In this document: in pieces, positions 24,701-34,400 of the stretch
How positions within the stretch are numbered: the first letter of the stretch is position 1
Layout of the letters: each line of letters starts with the position of its first letter
Assembly: GCF_039654945.1 (NCBI RefSeq)
Contig: NW_027361695.1
Span: 11,904,001-11,968,000, forward strand
Source: Dendrobates tinctorius
Lineage: Eukaryota
Length of the DNA stretch: 64,000 bases
Direction of reading: 5' to 3'
Translations under genes and position numbers: made by a program
Notes under the pieces: generated by a model
Told to the model about the DNA's origin: nothing
The model's input: the letters and a program-made list of their open reading frames with translations, nothing else
The model's database searches: none

Positions 24701-26874
24701 ACCCATTACTTTTGCCTGAGAAACAAATATCTGGATAGTTAAAATCTTCCATGATCACTATGTCGTACTTTTTTTGAGAACAGAGACCTCTTTACAGTCA
24801 GTGTTACCGGTGCAATTCTCAGACCGGTTGCTGGTCTCCTGACCACGGCTAACCGGGTAAATCCAATTTTTATATGATCTATCTATGCACTGCAAGTTAC
24901 AGGATGTGAAGTCCGACACCTATGTATGTACACATATATGGCACACATGTCACGTATCCCCTCCACTGATAATCCATGCTTCTTTATTCAGCAGTAGGGC
25001 AAGGAGGTGCTGGATCCTGATGAGGGTCCGTCCTCCTCCGTGCTGATAAGAAATGCAGTCGGAGGCTTGAGTGAATCAGGTCCATTCTCATACTCAGTAT
25101 GAGACTTGTGTAGTCTGGAGAAGTAAAATATACTTAGCAGGAATAACGCCTACTATTTCCTCTCTGTCCCCCATGGGACAATCAGATATGAGCGTTATAT
25201 TATAGGTACAATGTACTGACAGTTTTGTTCTTTCTTTGTAGCTGGAGTTAAGGAGGAAACAGTTCCACGTCCTGCTCAGCACCATCCATGAGCTTCAACA
25301 GACGCTAGAAAGTAAGTATCTGCCGATGCAGTGATCTATGAGGGTCTCCATGTACAGTTGACAGTCTGCTGCAATGGTCTCTGCCACCCCGTCAATATGA
25401 TTGCAGGATGCCTGTGGGTGGCTATGGCACCTGGGAATCTTAAAAGGACTGCATCAGCACGAAATGACTGTTCCAACCAAGCACAGTTGCTCAGTGCACG
25501 CCTAGCTTTGATAAACATTTCCGTGCACCTTCTCACCTACTTATTTTCCTTCCATCTCCGATCCTTTTCTGGATCTATAAAACCAGAGCTGTCAATCAAG
25601 GAATAAGGGGGTGGACATAGAGGGAGAACAAGCAGGTGGGAAGGTGTACTTAAAGGATCGGCCGCGCCATGTTGCGCCTGTGCTTATTTTGAACAGTCAT
25701 CCTGTGCCGATAGATAGTCCCTTTAACAGTAGAGCTGCCAGTTCTGCAATCCTAATATACCTATTTATGCCCTGCCAGGATTTGTGAGGTTACAAAAAAA
25801 CAGTTTAATTTCCATTAAATATTGGAGAATAAATAATAAAAAAATGCTGTTTTATATCAAAGTAAAGAAAAATAGTAAAAGTAGACGTCTGGAGTGATGG
25901 AGAGATTTCTCTGTATAACCGCGCTGCCCTCGAGTGGTGCGATGTGTCTGGAGTTGTTCCTGGATGACCCCTCGCAGCCAAGTGGTGATAAATGATAGTA
26001 ATCTCTGTGGCCAGTCTCCCGGTTGGCGGTCGGCCTTACATCGTCATGAAAACGCACATAATACAGGAGAACTGCTGAAATGATAAGTTGGATGCAATTT
26101 TTCTGAATGAGCAGAGGCAAATAATATAGCGTCCCGTACCTTGTGGTCATCTGCTGTGAAGACTTTTCACGTCCATCCACCCACTCTGCTGCTTGACTTT
26201 CGATCCTCAGAGGCAGATGTCAATCCGAAATCTTCAATTTAAGAAGAAACTTTGCAAATCATCTTGATTTTAAAAATTGTTTCTGTGTCTGCGGCTCCTG
26301 TGCAAATTTATGCGTCTCCTTACAGGCTACAAAATAATCCCCTATTTAGTCTGATTCTGCAGCCTTTCTACCGTCTATATGTTCCCCGTAGGTTAGGAAA
26401 AAGAAGGGACGGATTGTAAAGGGGGGGTATGACTGCAGGTTCAGACTACGCAGGGTTTGTTTGTAGTCTGTAACCATGGAGATACAATAATTCACATAGG
26501 AGCTGTGTTCGCAAATCGCTGGGAAAACTTTAAGAAGTTTCTTTTTTTTTTTTTTTTGGGGGGGGGGGGGTTAAATCAAAGTGTTGGCTTTATTGCTGCG
26601 ATATAGTCAAAATCCGGAACCCCCGACCGATCCTAAGATCCTGCTGTTTGTGAATGGTTGGAACTGCAACATGGCTCCATGCGAGTGAATAGGACCATCT
26701 GCAGCTTCCTGCATAGGGATCGGTGAAGGTCCAAGTTGTCGGGTCTCTGTCACTAGTCATCACTCTATTGTTTTTGCTAAAAATCTTCATTATTTATTTA
26801 TTTTTTACCCCCCAGATGATGAGAAACTGGCCGAAGAAGCTCAAGATTCTCAAATGGCAACGAGCGCTCAGTAG
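590..26874 (+). CDS. THOC7: THO complex subunit 7, complete gene, join(590..608,2634..2751,3008..3135,7487..7573,8753..8810,9614..9680,25242..25311,26816..26874), 201 aa
   Basis: Exon lengths 19+118+128+87+58+67+70+59 = 606 nt; all introns GT-AG and phase-compatible. Translation [46 protein letters not shown]...[42 protein letters not shown] is recognisably THOC7. Confidence 0.97.
990..2455. repeat. 30-bp minisatellite (CAGTGCCCCTCGTACGTTATAATGCCCTCA)n in THOC7 intron 1
   Basis: About 50 tandem units with 28-31 bp variants; source of the periodic ORFs 941-2597. Confidence 0.95.
2634..2751 (+). CDS. THOC7: THOC7 exon 2
   Basis: cag|AT GAA GTT ATC CGC AAG...GAA GAT GG|gtgag; [32 protein letters not shown]. 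Confidence 0.97.
3008..3135 (+). CDS. THOC7: THOC7 exon 3
   Basis: cag|A TAC GCC CAG...GAT ATA G|gtaag; [42 protein letters not shown]. Confidence 0.97.
3395..3805. repeat. Degenerate ~31-bp minisatellite (CCCCCACAGTCCCTCTCCTACATTATGATGG-like)
   Basis: Recurrent cccccacagt...cattat units, related to the 990-2455 array. Confidence 0.75.
4763..7150. mobile_element. Large foldback non-autonomous DNA element (imperfect palindrome centred ~5640) with nested insertions
   Basis: 5040-5600 is the reverse complement of 5680-6055 plus 6500-6620. The left arm is interrupted by a CR1-type 3' end ((agtaacat)n, 5245-5332). The right arm is interrupted by a T2-type MITE (6056-6500, gttgtccactact...agtagtggaaaaacc). 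Outer limits approximate. Confidence 0.65.
7487..7573 (+). CDS. THOC7: THOC7 exon 4
   Basis: ttgcag|AG AGC AGC ATC...CGC CAA G|gtac; [28 protein letters not shown]. Confidence 0.97.
7672..8063. mobile_element. ~390-bp MITE (PIF/Harbinger-like, TAA/TTA flanks), copy 1
   Basis: Ends aggcccctttaca...tgtaaagccccct with internal agcgat/atcgct palindromes; homologous copies at 8949 and 47334. Confidence 0.75.
8341..8600. mobile_element. hAT-like MITE (TAGTGATGAG...TTCGCTCGTCA)
   Basis: Internally palindromic; homologous to 27193-27500 and 57623-57780. Confidence 0.65.
8753..8810 (+). CDS. THOC7: THOC7 exon 5
   Basis: ttcag|AG TAT GAT...TTA AA|gtac; [20 protein letters not shown]. Confidence 0.97.
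8949..9321. mobile_element. Harbinger-like MITE, copy 2
   Basis: tta|gggtaccgttacac...gtgtaacaggggct|tta; body homologous to 7672-8063. Confidence 0.75.
9614..9680 (+). CDS. THOC7: THOC7 exon 6
   Basis: tttag|G CAG CTG GAA...GAT AAG|gtgag; [22 protein letters not shown]. Confidence 0.97.
9762..10411 (-). mobile_element. CR1 LINE, 3' part (outer element, split by DIRS)
   Basis: atcatagaat = reverse complement of the CR1 (ATTCTATG)n tail. Minus-strand ORF2 C-terminus; it rejoins 23192 in frame as STCEKGL. Confidence 0.9.
10600..10952 (+). repeat. Three tandem copies of an ~88-nt two-hairpin cassette in the DIRS 5' leader
   Basis: ggggcgacagaccctattgaaagggtccgatctcccc-aaaccaacaa-cgggcgagcacgtgcgag...ctccacgtatcctctcccg at 10600, 10740 and 10865. 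Confidence 0.85.
12013..12873 (+). pseudogene. DIRS ORF1 (gag-like, LAP2alpha-like domain), partial
   Basis: [14 protein letters not shown]...IKDPTDR...[12 protein letters not shown]...[12 protein letters not shown] is typical of vertebrate DIRS gag; upstream part is frameshifted. Confidence 0.8.
13000..14441 (+). pseudogene. DIRS ORF2 reverse transcriptase + RNase H (frameshifted, interrupted by the LTR element)
   Basis: [33 protein letters not shown] (YLDD site), [10 protein letters not shown] and SDNATAV spread over ORFs 13073, 13296 and 13591. Confidence 0.9.
14442..15237 (+). repeat. 5' LTR
   Basis: TGTTGTGAG...CATAACA with TATAA at 14576; direct repeat of 19420-20215. Confidence 0.95.
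15238..15248 (+). promoter_or_regulatory. Self-priming PBS (GAATCACCCGC)
   Basis: Complementary, with G-U pairs, to GYGGGTGATTT at 14604-14614, 28 nt after the LTR TATA box; no TGG tRNA-type PBS. Confidence 0.8.
15364..19558 (+). pseudogene. Gag-pol polyprotein with two premature stops (17305, 18481) and a frameshift in a T-run (~18770)
   Basis: Zinc knuckle [14 protein letters not shown], protease FVDSGA, RT YLDD, RNase H VDAS...TDHKNL, integrase H..H..C..C / MDF / VSDRG / GQTER, GPY motif, chromodomain YEVEKVLD...YLVKWKGY. Confidence 0.95.
19420..20215 (+). repeat. 3' LTR
   Basis: Direct repeat of the 5' LTR, preceded by the PPT and followed by CTGCAG. Confidence 0.95.
21451..21679 (-). 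mobile_element. 5'-truncated CR1 3' end inside DIRS YR
   Basis: (tagaatca)n tail; minus-strand [42 protein letters not shown]; similar to 9762-9960. Confidence 0.9.
21739..22561 (-). mobile_element. Solo LTR (same family as 14442 LTR, diverged), antisense
   Basis: Reverse-complement similarity to the LTR. TSD GGGCGC at 21733-21738 and 22562-22567; removing the LTR restores [11 protein letters not shown]. Confidence 0.92.
22792..22894 (+). other. DIRS internal complementary region (ICR)
   Basis: Its reverse complement reads ...ttatcacaaaaatccatgTTTCtccatcgcctcattggggg..., i.e. the element 3' end joined to its 5' end. Confidence 0.92.
23192..24780 (-). mobile_element. CR1 LINE, upstream part (RT and endonuclease remnants) with a T2-type MITE fragment at ~24172-24510
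   Basis: [33 protein letters not shown] and KFTDD (RT); EDFNYPDI...RGSATLDL (endonuclease). Confidence 0.9.
25242..25311 (+). CDS. THOC7: THOC7 exon 7
   Basis: ttgtag|CTG GAG TTA...CTA GAA A|gtaagt; [23 protein letters not shown]. Confidence 0.97.
26816..26874 (+). CDS. THOC7: THOC7 exon 8 (terminal)
   Basis: cccag|AT GAT GAG AAA CTG...CAG TAG. Confidence 0.93.
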
Positions 26875-26992
26875 TTACTGGCCTGAACGAAGAGGAAAGG
26901 AGAGGACCTCGTTCGTCCCATAAAAGAACATGTCTGGTCCAGCGCTCAGCATCATACGCCATCAGTTTTTTTCTGTTATGTTACCTTAAGTC

Positions 26993-26998
26993 ATTAAA
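26993..26998 (+). terminator. Candidate THOC7 polyadenylation signal ATTAAA
   Basis: About 120 nt after the stop; alternatives are AATAAA at ~27527 and ATTAAA at ~27899. Confidence 0.45.
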
Positions 26999-27192
26999 TA
27001 AGACTGAATAATTGATGTAGCAGATGACCTTGAGTGCTGTGCATATATATATATGTATATATATAATGACGTCTGGTCCTACTCATCCGCTAATCAACTG
27101 CATTCATGGCTGACCGTCCCCTCGTAAACCACCAACCTATAGAATATGGATTAGAAGGCAAGCCACAGAATTCTTCATTAAGACTTGCTCTT

Positions 27193-27500
27193 TAGTGATG
27201 AACAAACATGTTTGGATAGGGTGTTATCTGAGTATGCTCGAGTTCTAACAGAGTGTCTTTGACTTGCTCGAAAAATATGTTCGAGTCCCTGCGGCTGCAT
27301 TTCTCACAGATGTTCAACAGCTGCAACACATGCAGGGATTGTCTAACAGCCAATCCCTGCATATGTTTTTGCTGTCGGAACAGCCGCGAGAAATGCAGCC
27401 GCGGGGACTCAAACATGTTTTTTGAGCACGCTGAAGTCACTCTGTTAGTACCCAAGCATGCTCAGGTAACACCTTATCCCAGCACGTTCGCTTATCACGA
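27193..27500. mobile_element. hAT-like MITE
   Basis: Homologous to 8341-8600; palindromic. Confidence 0.65.
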
Positions 27501-28865
27501 CTGCTCTTCTTTATTTAAAAAAAAAAAATAAAAAGCGTAAAATACTTTCATCACAAGATAGTCGTAATCTAATCTCAGAAATATGGGGGGAACAGTTAAA
27601 ATCTGTAAAATCGACAGTCCGACATTCATCCGTTAGTTAGAAACCAAATAGGACCGAGGAAGCAAAAATTTACAGGAATTCACCAATTGTTAGCTGCGCA
27701 GTTAACGTTTTCTATGACAAAAAATTTTTTGTAGATCATCAGTTATGCCGTTTTCTAAAAAACGTTTGGTTACTCCCAAGTATGTACACAGCAGAGATGA
27801 TACATTTCGTCATTCAGTCTGTAGTTTTGTTTTGTTTGTTTTTTTTCCAATAGAAATATTGTTGTGTTTTTGTTTTTATAAGTTTTGACTACTTTACGAT
27901 TAAAGCTTTTTCATTAATGTGTTTTTTTTTTTTTATTTTTCTTACATTTATGTTGAGGAATGAAAATATATATATATATTTTTTTTTTTTTTTCAATTGC
28001 CATATTATTTTGGACGATAGGCTGTACCGTGCCATGAGACGGAGCCCAGGTTTAGCTATCAGAAAATAGGAAAAGCAGGCTTCCTTCTAAGACTTCTTTT
28101 GTGGTGTAAATAAGTGGAGGGGTCAATATCGCTAATTTGAATACTGTATTGTGGGGGTGGGCAATTAATTTTCCCAAGGGGCAAAATGAGAGACCTTGAT
28201 TGTTGCGGAGGCCAAACCAATAGGCTGAAATAAATTCTGTTCAATATTAATTATATAATTATTTAATATTAATTATGTGATTTAATATTGAGCAGAATTA
28301 TGCTGACATCTCCCTATATACCATATGAGCCCCAACATAGCCCCCTATATACCGTATGAGCCCTCACATAGCTTCCATATGTACAGTATGAGCCCCCACA
28401 TAGCCTCTTATATACAGCATGATCCCCCATATACAGTATCAGCCCCCTAATAAACATATAATTATCTCATACACATGAAAAATAAGCAACACATACTCGC
28501 TTCCGTTCCCCCTGCGCTCTGCCTCTGCTCCTGCCACAATGCACTGACTCTACAGAGCACAGCGGAAGCAATTAAATGACGTTATCGCGACTGCTGGCTC
28601 ACACATTGGTGGAAGATGGAGCCAGCGGCGATGTTCTTTATCATTATATTCACTGCTGTCTGCATCCAGAGGATGTGGAGAGCGGTGACAAGAAGCTGCG
28701 ACAGATGCACGCACAAGGGGGGGAGGGCACCATGCAGCCTGTGGGCCACTGTTTCAGCCCTTCAGCAGTCTCGATCCGTGGGATGGACTAGAACTGCCAG
28801 AGGGCCAGATGTAGCCCACAAGCCACTCTCTGCAGCACACCCAACTCTGCTGTATACGTACAAAT

Positions 28866-30073
28866 AGACACAGGTCTGCTACGTGCGCACAGACACAGGT
28901 CTGCTACGTGCGCACAGACACAGGTCTGCTACGTGCGCACAGACACAGGTCTGCTACGTGCGCACAGACACAGGTCTGCTACGTGCGCACAGACACAGGT
29001 CTGCTACGTGCGCACAGACACAGGTCTGCTACGTGCGCACAGACACAGGTCTGCTACGTGCGCACAGACACAGGTCTGCTACGTGCGCACAGACACAGGT
29101 CTGCTACGTGCGCACAGACACAGGTCTGCTACGTGCGCACAGACACAGGTCTGCTACGTGCGCACAGACACAGGTCTGCTACGTGCGCACAGACACAGGT
29201 CTGCTACGTGCGCACAGACACAGGTCTGCTACGTGCGCACAGACACAGGTCTGCTACGTGCGCACAGACACAGGTCTGCTACGTGCGCACAGACACAGGT
29301 CTGCTACGTGCGCACAGACACAGGTCTGCTACGTGCGCACAGACACAGGTCTGCTACGTGCGCACAGACACAGGTCTGCTACGTGCGCACAGACACAGGT
29401 CTGCTACGTGCGCACAGACACAGGTCTGCTACGTGCGCACAGACACAGGTCTGCTACGTGCGCACAGTCACAGGTCTGCTACGTGCGCACAGTCACAGGT
29501 CTGCTACGTGCGCACAGACACAGGTCTGCTACGTGCGCACAGACACAGGTCTGCTACGTGCGCACAGTCACAGGTCTGCTACGTGCGCACAGTCACAGGT
29601 CTGCTACGTGCGCACAGTCACAGGTCTGCTACGTGCGCACAGTCACAGGTCTGCTACGTGCGCACAGTCACAGGTCTGCTACGTGCGCACAGTCACAGGT
29701 CTGCTACGTGCGCACAGTCACAGGTCTGCTACGTGCGCACAGTCACAGGTCTGCTACGTGCGCACAGTCACAGGTCTGCTACGTGCGCACAGTCACAGGT
29801 CTGCTACGTGCGCACAGACACAGGTCTGCTACGTGCGCACAGACACAGGTCTGCTACGTGCGCACAGACACAGGTCTGCTACGTGCGCACAGACACAGGT
29901 CTGCTACGTGCGCACAGACACAGGTCTGCTACGTGCGCACAGACACAGGTCTGCTACGTGCGCACAGACACAGGTCTGCTACGTGCGCACAGACACAGGT
30001 CTGCTACGTGCGCACAGACACAGGTCTGCTACGTGCGCACAGACACAGGTCTGCTACGTGCGCACAGACACAG
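28866..30073. repeat. Near-perfect 25-bp minisatellite (AGACACAGGTCTGCTACGTGCGCAC)n, ~48 copies
   Basis: The only variant is A>T (AGTCACAGG), in a central block ~29466-29800; explains the three overlapping 400-aa ORFs. Confidence 0.97.
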
Positions 30074-30749
30074 CCGCACACAGATTCAGCTGTGCTACAA
30101 AATTTCTGTTATATTCCAAAAAATGCAGTAGTTATCCTCTTGTTTCAGTGGTAATTTAGAATATATGAGGCTTTTATCACACACATTTTTAGTTCTGTAT
30201 TCTGTCCATAAAGAGTAGTGGTAATAGGTTAAGGAGGAGCTAGATGATCCAGCTGTAATCTTTGGGAAATGTTGTACCCCAGGTGTAAGGAGAGACAGAT
30301 TGCCAACCTGATGAAGGCCATAATCTAGAGTGGAAACGTAACAGTTTACTAATATAAATGGATTTTGTGTTGTACAGTTTTTCAGATTTTCTTCCTCTAC
30401 TGGGAGATCGGGAGGTAAACCATCAGACCTATTTTTTTATCCTAATTCTGACATCCTTGAGTAGATATTTTAGTTTCAGCCATAGACTACGTGGCCTTTT
30501 TAAACGGGAATTTCGAGATCAAGAAAAGGGTTTCCTTTTTTTCCCCACCAAATAAGAGCAGCATTCTTAAGCATAGTTATTTTCTGATATTGTAGTTCAG
30601 CTTTGTGAAAATGAATGAAGCTGAGATGTAATACCAGATACAACCCATAGACAAGCATTGGACCTTAGAGGGAAGCTGTCGACATGGTTTTATATGTGGG
30701 AAGTAGCTGCATGACTACTAGATTGGTTCTTGTTCCCCGATAGCAATGA

Positions 30750-30958
30750 TACCTTTTTTGTAGAGATCCGATGTGCCAATCATAAGAAATGTACCGTAGA
30801 AGCAATATGCAAATCAGGCTGAAAGTGCACTGTGGAGGAGGTGTGTCAGTGCACATAGACTGCTTGGACACACCCCAGTGCACTTCCAGCCTGATTTGCA
30901 CATTGCTTCTACTGTAGATTTCTCATGATTGGCACATCGTATCGCTACAAAAAAGGCG
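30750..30958. mobile_element. Palindromic MITE core
   Basis: ccttttttgtagagatccgatgtgccaatc...gattggcacatcgtatcgctacaaaaaagg inverted arms of ~80 bp. Confidence 0.6.
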
Positions 30959-31268
30959 TCATTTTTAGTGGAAGCCAAGCAGCTATACGTGCTGATAATT
31001 TAGACACCACAGCTGTTATTTCAGACACTGGAGCCATTTATTTGCCCGCGAATCGCGTTCCCTTCCACTTATTCGTCGCAGTTCACATGAAACGGTATAA
31101 ATAATGAGCCGCAGCGGGTGATTATTAGTTTGGTTTTTCGCTCCACTTTATTTGATGCTGTAATTGAGCCTGTCACATAACCAAGGGACCGCAATCAAGA
31201 TCCAGGTTATCATCACTGCCGGGGGAGGAGGATGAAACTTTCCATGTGACGTCGAAGATAATGATCCT

Positions 31269-31466
31269 CTAGTAACAGCAGCAGATACAAGGGAAGCAAA
31301 CGTTCTTAAATTTGTACTTTCTCGTGTTCTTTTTGGAGATTTTCTGAAACTGCTTAGAACATTGAAGTATTTCGTCCCCGAGAGATTCGCACTCCCGCAG
31401 CTCCTCGTGTCGCTGCGCCAGGAGTTTACTGGACTTGTCTGCAATCGTTTCGATTAGATCATCGAC
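31269..31466 (-). CDS. C3orf49: C3orf49 exon 5 (terminal; SNARE-like helix + CFPCICCCY*)
   Basis: ccag|GTC GAT GAT...TGT TAC TAG; minus-strand AATAAA at 31147-31152. Confidence 0.9.
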   Translation of the reverse strand, partial: VDDLIETIADKSSKLLAQRHEELRECESLGDEILQCSKQFQKISKKNTRKYKFKNVCFPCICCCY

Positions 31467-34400
31467 CTGGAATTGGAAATCAAGGATCAGATGCTGTGAC
31501 GGTCATGAAAATTCAACGGTTGCACCGATGCAGACCGCTTTATATAGACAGTGCGCATAAATGGCTGAACATTATATTGAAATTGTATTATCTTGTAGTG
31601 ATCTCCATTTGGAGGGTGTATCTTCTTTAAAACCCATAGAAAAGCCTGTTCTTGGTGTCCTTATCCCTCATAACCAAATAAAACTGCATTTAGTACAAAA
31701 AACTGTCTACTATGTCCTGAGACTGTCCCAATTCTCATGCGCTGAGACTCGCCAGCTATTGTTTCTGATTGGGTGGTTCCACTTCATCAGAATTCTGCCA
31801 GCACAATCAGTGCAGGAACGTCCTTATCTCAACTTCCCAGCAGCTGCTAAGCCTGCCATTGTCTAATATCTTGCCTAACCTGAACTGAAAGCCAAACTCC
31901 TTTTTATTATGTCTTTTTTCTGTCTCATCTTTCTGGTTTGTTTGTTTTTTGGCTGCTGGGCCGAGAACATCTGGATAATGAAAATTACATCCATCCTCGT
32001 TAGTGCGCAAGCCTAAAAAATGAGGATTGAAAAAATAAACTGGTGTAAAACTTGTACAAAAGCCTTAAAAGTGAATTTGATGTAAACTGAAAAATGTAAT
32101 GTTTTTAGAGGTAAAGTAAATTATAAATTAAGCGATTTGCAGATTGTTTTTCACATGATCAATCAAATTAGATCAAGTTGTCCGAAAGTGAAGAGACCAC
32201 TTCCTAAAGCTGGCTCTCTTTGATGCACGGGGTGAGGATAATTGTCAATTTCTTGGTCTACACAGAAGGTACAGTTAGGTCCATATATATTTGGACAGAG
32301 GCAACATTTTTCTAATTTTGGTTCTAGACATTACCACAATGAATTTTAAGCAAAACAATTCAGATGCAGTTGAAGTTCAGACTTTCAGCTTTCATTTGAG
32401 GGTATCCACATTAAAATTGGATGAAGGGTTTAGGAGTTTCAGCTCCTTAACATGTGCGACCCTGTTTTTAAAGGGACCAAAAGTAATTGGACAGATTAAA
32501 TAATTGTACATAAAATGTTCATTTCTAGTACTTGGTTGAAAACCCTTTGTTGGCAATGACTGCCTGAAGTCTTGAACTCATGGACATCACCAGCCGCTGT
32601 GTTTCCTCCTTTTTGATGCTCTGCCAGGCCTTCACTGTGGTGGTTTTCAGTTGCTGTTTGTTTGTGGGCCTTTCTGTCTGAAGTTTAGTCTTTAACAAGT
32701 GAAATGCATGCTCAATTGGGTTGAGATCGGGTGACTGACTTGGCCATTCAAGAATATTCCACTTCTTTGCTTTAATAAACTCCTGGGTTGCTTTGGCTTT
32801 ATGCTTTGGGTCATTGTCCATCTGTAGTATGAAACGACGACCAATCAGTTTGGCTGCATTTGGCTGGATCTGAGCACACAGTATGGCTCTGAATACCTCA
32901 GAATTCATTCGGCTGCTTCTGTCCTGTGTCACATCATCAATAAACACTAGTGACCCAGTGCCACTGGCAGCCATTCATGCCCAAGCCATCACACTGCATC
33001 CGCCGTGTTTTACACATGGTGTGGTATGCTTTGGATCATGTGCTGTACCACGCCTTCGCCATACTTTTCTCTTTCCGTCATTCTGGTAGAGGTTGATCTT
33101 GCCTTCATCTGTCCAAAGAATGTTCTTCCAGAACTGTGCTGGCTTTTTTAGATGTTTTTGAGCAAAGTCCAGTCTAGCCTTTTGATTCTTGATGCTTATA
33201 TGAGTGGCTTGCACCGTGCAGTGTACCCTCTATATTTACTTTCATGCCGTCTTCTCTTTATGGTAGATTTGGATATTGATACGCCTACCTCCTGGAGAGT
33301 GTTGGTCACTTGGTTGGCTGTTGTGAAGGGATTTCTCTTCACCATAGAGACTATTCTGCGATCATCCACCACTGTTGTCTTCCGTGGGCGCCCAGGTCTT
33401 TTTGCATTGATGAGTTCACCAGTGCTTTCTTTCTTTCTCAGGATGTACCAAACTGTAGATATTGCCACTCCTTATGTTGTAGCAATTTTTCGGATGGGTT
33501 TTTTCTGTTTTTGCAGCTTAAGGATGACTTGTTTCACCTGCATGGAGAGCTCGTTTGACCGCTTGTTTCTTTCACAGCAAAACCTTCCAAATGCAAGCAC
33601 CACACCTCAAATCAACTCCAGGCCTTTTATCTGCTTAATTGAGAATGACATAACGAAGGGATTGCCCACACCTGTCCATGAAATAGCCTTGGAGTCAATT
33701 GTCCAATTACTTTTGGTCCCTTTAAAAACAGGGTGGCACATGTTAAGGAGCTTAAACTCCTAAACCATTCATCCAATTTTAATGTGGATACCCTCAAATG
33801 AAAGCTGAAAGTCTGAACTTCAACTGCATCTGAATTGTTTTGTTTAAAATTCATTGTGGTAATGTCTAGAACCAAAATTAGAAAAATGTTGTCTCTGTCC
33901 AAATATATATATGGACCTAACTGTAAATCTCCAGCAGGGGATGCTAGGATTTCATTCTTGTATCCTACAGAATTCTGTGAATGCATCTTTAGACTGTGAT
34001 TGCCTTCTATTACAATTTAGAGGGTTATTTCCATTTTTTAGAATGTATCACCTATCTATAGAATCTGTGCTAACTTGCTGATTGATGGGGGTTCGACAGC
34101 TGGGACCCTCAGCAATCACAGTAGTTATGGTTATATAGGAGTGTTACAAGAAGAAGCAGGATAAATAATCATCCATTGAATTCAGTGGCTGCCGTTCCAC
34201 CCAGCGTCACTCATTTATGTTTTCATTTTATGGGGTCTTAGGTGGAAGTCATAGCCAAACATCCCCGAAGGAATCGTCAAAAACTCAGCTGACCTCCCAG
34301 ACACAGCAGTCATGTGCATCACTCCCTACATTTCCAGGATAACTGTGCAGCTTGTTATGTATTCTTGTGTCATTGTAGTGAAGTTCTGTTCATGGTCGGC

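Noticed and set aside
28883-30159. Three overlapping 407-423 aa ORFs
   Set aside because: Translation of a stop-free 25-bp tandem repeat; the same peptide appears in all three frames.
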